In this document: piece by piece, positions 62,699 through 64,000 of the stretch | How positions within the stretch are numbered: position 1 is the first letter of the stretch | How the letters are laid out: each line of letters opens with the position of its first letter | DNA from: Eubacteriales bacterium | Lineage (GTDB): Bacteria > Bacillota > Clostridia > Lachnospirales > JAKSVV01 | Length of the DNA: 64,000 nt | Assembly (NCBI GenBank): GCA_031549455.1 | Contig: JAVBPT010000003.1 | Coordinates: forward strand, 8,912 to 72,911 | Direction of reading: 5' to 3' | Made by a program: the position numbers and the translations under genes | The notes under the pieces: model-generated | What the model saw: only the letters and a program-made list of their open reading frames with translations | What the model was told of the DNA's origin: nothing | The model's database searches: none

Positions 62699-63058
62699 GT
62701 GAAAGTTATTTTTGGAAAAATAGAGATCATATTGGTTAAAAATATGTTCATACGCTTCATTGTGGTCACAATGATGCTGCTTGCAACAGCTTTTGTTATG
62801 CCTGGATTTGAAATAGAAAAGTTCGTTTCACTGATTTTAGCAGCAATGATCATTATCTCTTTTGACTTTATAATAGAAGCCCTAACCGACGGGCACTTAT
62901 CGATGGCGGGGAGAGTGATATTGGGGTTTTTGCTTGCCCTCTTGGTTCTATACTTTCTTCAGTTCTTTATCATGGGGTACCGAGCCGGCGGAATGACCAT
63001 TCTTTTGGTCTCCTTTACCATCGGAATGGTCAACGGGATCATACCTCAAACGGCTTAG
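62699..63058 (+). CDS. Small four-TM membrane protein, YvlD / holin-superfamily-IV-like
   Basis: From MFIRFIVVTMMLLATAFVMPGFEI (ATG 62744) it resembles the B. subtilis YvlD family. The start is either GTG 62699 or ATG 62744. Confidence 0.5.
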   Translation: MKVIFGKIEIILVKNMFIRFIVVTMMLLATAFVMPGFEIEKFVSLILAAMIIISFDFIIEALTDGHLSMAGRVILGFLLALLVLYFLQFFIMGYRAGGMTILLVSFTIGMVNGIIPQTA

Positions 63059-63077
63059 AAAAAGGCATTAAACTAAA

Positions 63078-63106
63078 TTGACGAACGAAAATATATGTGA
63101 TAGAAT
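63078..63106 (+). promoter_or_regulatory. Sigma-A promoter upstream of the zinc-ribbon gene and mcsA
   Basis: TTGACG, a 17-nt spacer, then TGaTAGAAT. It lies inside the 5' end of the listed ORF 63078..63590, which argues for a downstream start. Confidence 0.6.
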
Positions 63107-63134
63107 GACAGTAATTATAAAAAGTATGGAGGAA

Positions 63135-63590
63135 ATGATGGGTAAAGAGTGGTTAGAAGTATTTAAACAAAAAGCGAAGGTCGTATCTAAAAAAACGAGT
63201 GAAAATGTGAATTATTTTGTGAGCATAAAGAAAACACAAATGGAAATATTAAAAGTAAACCATGAAATCAATAAGATATATAAAGTGATTGGGGAAATTA
63301 TATATATGGCGAATCAACAAAAGGTAGAAGCGGTAGGAGTGGATACCTTATGTGCTCAGATTGATGCAAAAAATGGGTATATCACACAGCTTGAAAGAAG
63401 AATTGAAATGATTAAAGAAAGCAAGAAAATGAGTGAAATTGGTGTTAAATATGACGGAAATGTTCCGGAGTTTATCAACAATCCAATCAACGATAATGAA
63501 GTGGCAGTAATGAAATTCTGTCCAAATTGCAATACCGGAAATGAGCTTTCTAATGAAAAATGCAAGGAATGCGGTACCAAATTAAATTAA
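63135..63590 (+). CDS. Coiled-coil protein with a C-terminal zinc ribbon
   Basis: Start at ATG 63135 or 63138 after GGAGG. A helical heptad-rich body ends in CPNCNTGNELSNEKCKECGTKL. Confidence 0.65.
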   Translation: MMGKEWLEVFKQKAKVVSKKTSENVNYFVSIKKTQMEILKVNHEINKIYKVIGEIIYMANQQKVEAVGVDTLCAQIDAKNGYITQLERRIEMIKESKKMSEIGVKYDGNVPEFINNPINDNEVAVMKFCPNCNTGNELSNEKCKECGTKLN

Positions 63591-63605
63591 GTAGGTGAAT
63601 TGTAG

Positions 63606-64000
63606 ATGATTTGTGAATTGTGTAAGCAAAATGAGGCGATTGTGCATATAAAAAAGGTGATTAATGGTAAGATTACAAAACTTGACCTCTGTGAAGAATG
63701 CGCAAAAAATTCCCATCAGCTTGAATTTGATTCTGGCATTTCTCTACAGGACTTTTTAAAAGGGCTTATGAGCTTTGCTAACAAAGACATTTCCTTTATC
63801 GCGCAGGAGATGGATACGGTTCCAAGATGTGCTCGTTGTGGTTTGAGTTATGATGAGCTTGTAGAAAGTGGAAGACTTGGCTGCACAGACTGTTACAGCT
63901 CCTTTTCCAAACAACTTCCGAGTGTGTTAAAGAGAATTCATGGAAATATAAAGCACGAGGGTAAAGTACCAAAAACAATGAAAACGGAGAACTCTCTTAA
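63606..64000 (+). CDS. mcsA: Protein-arginine-kinase activator McsA (5' portion; runs off the window end)
   Basis: Absent from the ORF track. Translation from ATG 63606: MICELCKQNEAIVHIKK...LCEECAK...CARCGLSYDELVESGRLGCTDCYSSFSKQLPSVLKRIHGNIKHEGKVP. These are the McsA zinc-finger pairs and the UVR-like region. Confidence 0.85.
   Translation, partial: MICELCKQNEAIVHIKKVINGKITKLDLCEECAKNSHQLEFDSGISLQDFLKGLMSFANKDISFIAQEMDTVPRCARCGLSYDELVESGRLGCTDCYSSFSKQLPSVLKRIHGNIKHEGKVPKTMKTENSL

Noticed and set aside
62699-63058. The holin-superfamily-like gene as a sign of a prophage or lysis cassette
   Set aside because: There is no endolysin, terminase, capsid or integrase gene anywhere in the window. 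YvlD-type four-TM proteins are common chromosomal membrane proteins.
63058-63135. CtsR operator (GGTCAAA direct repeat) upstream of the mcsA unit
   Set aside because: I searched by eye and found no GGTCAA heptad repeats around the promoter.
1-64000. Mobile elements, CRISPR arrays, tRNA/rRNA genes and known defence systems
   Set aside because: I found no transposase, integrase, recombinase or Cas-like ORFs, no spacer-separated repeats, and no intergenic gap long or GC-rich enough for structured RNA genes.

Overview
AT-rich, gene-dense chromosomal segment of an endospore-forming Firmicute, probably Clostridia-like (spoIVA, SLH surface proteins, mcsA, minimal iscR-nifS-nifU). About 65 protein-coding genes, mostly housekeeping. 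On the minus strand: cadC-cadA metal efflux (cadA runs off the left edge), iscR-nifS-nifU-ung, rluB, an NfeD/SPFH pair, a diguanylate cyclase, an MCP and a LysM protein. On the plus strand: a two-component system, a giant FN3-array secreted protein with an SLH partner, spoIVA, rpsF-ssb-rpsR, acpP, polA, rimP-nusA-ylxR-ylxQ-infB-rbfA-nrnA, flhA-flhF-flhG, recG, infC-rpmI-rplT with an L20 leader, metG, tatD, plsX-rnc, mnmA, and mcsA (runs off the right edge). I see no rRNA, tRNA, CRISPR array, transposase, integrase or prophage block, and all intergenic gaps are about 300 bp or shorter. The best candidate for an undescribed system is the tightly packed run 48393-53482: a DUF2157-type membrane protein, an atypical GDYXXLXY protein, a CoaD-CoaE fusion, a minimal nucleotidyltransferase, DUF2164 and an MFS transporter. 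Close behind are the FN3-giant/SLH-anchor pair (8085-12642) and a stand-alone flhA-flhF-flhG unit translationally coupled to a CDF transporter and ogg. Three genes are disrupted: an in-frame TGA in flhG, an in-frame TAG in an S51 peptidase, and a T6-run frameshift in a PHP phosphoesterase. All calls come from reading the translations and DNA by eye. No database search, HMM scan or RNA folding was run.
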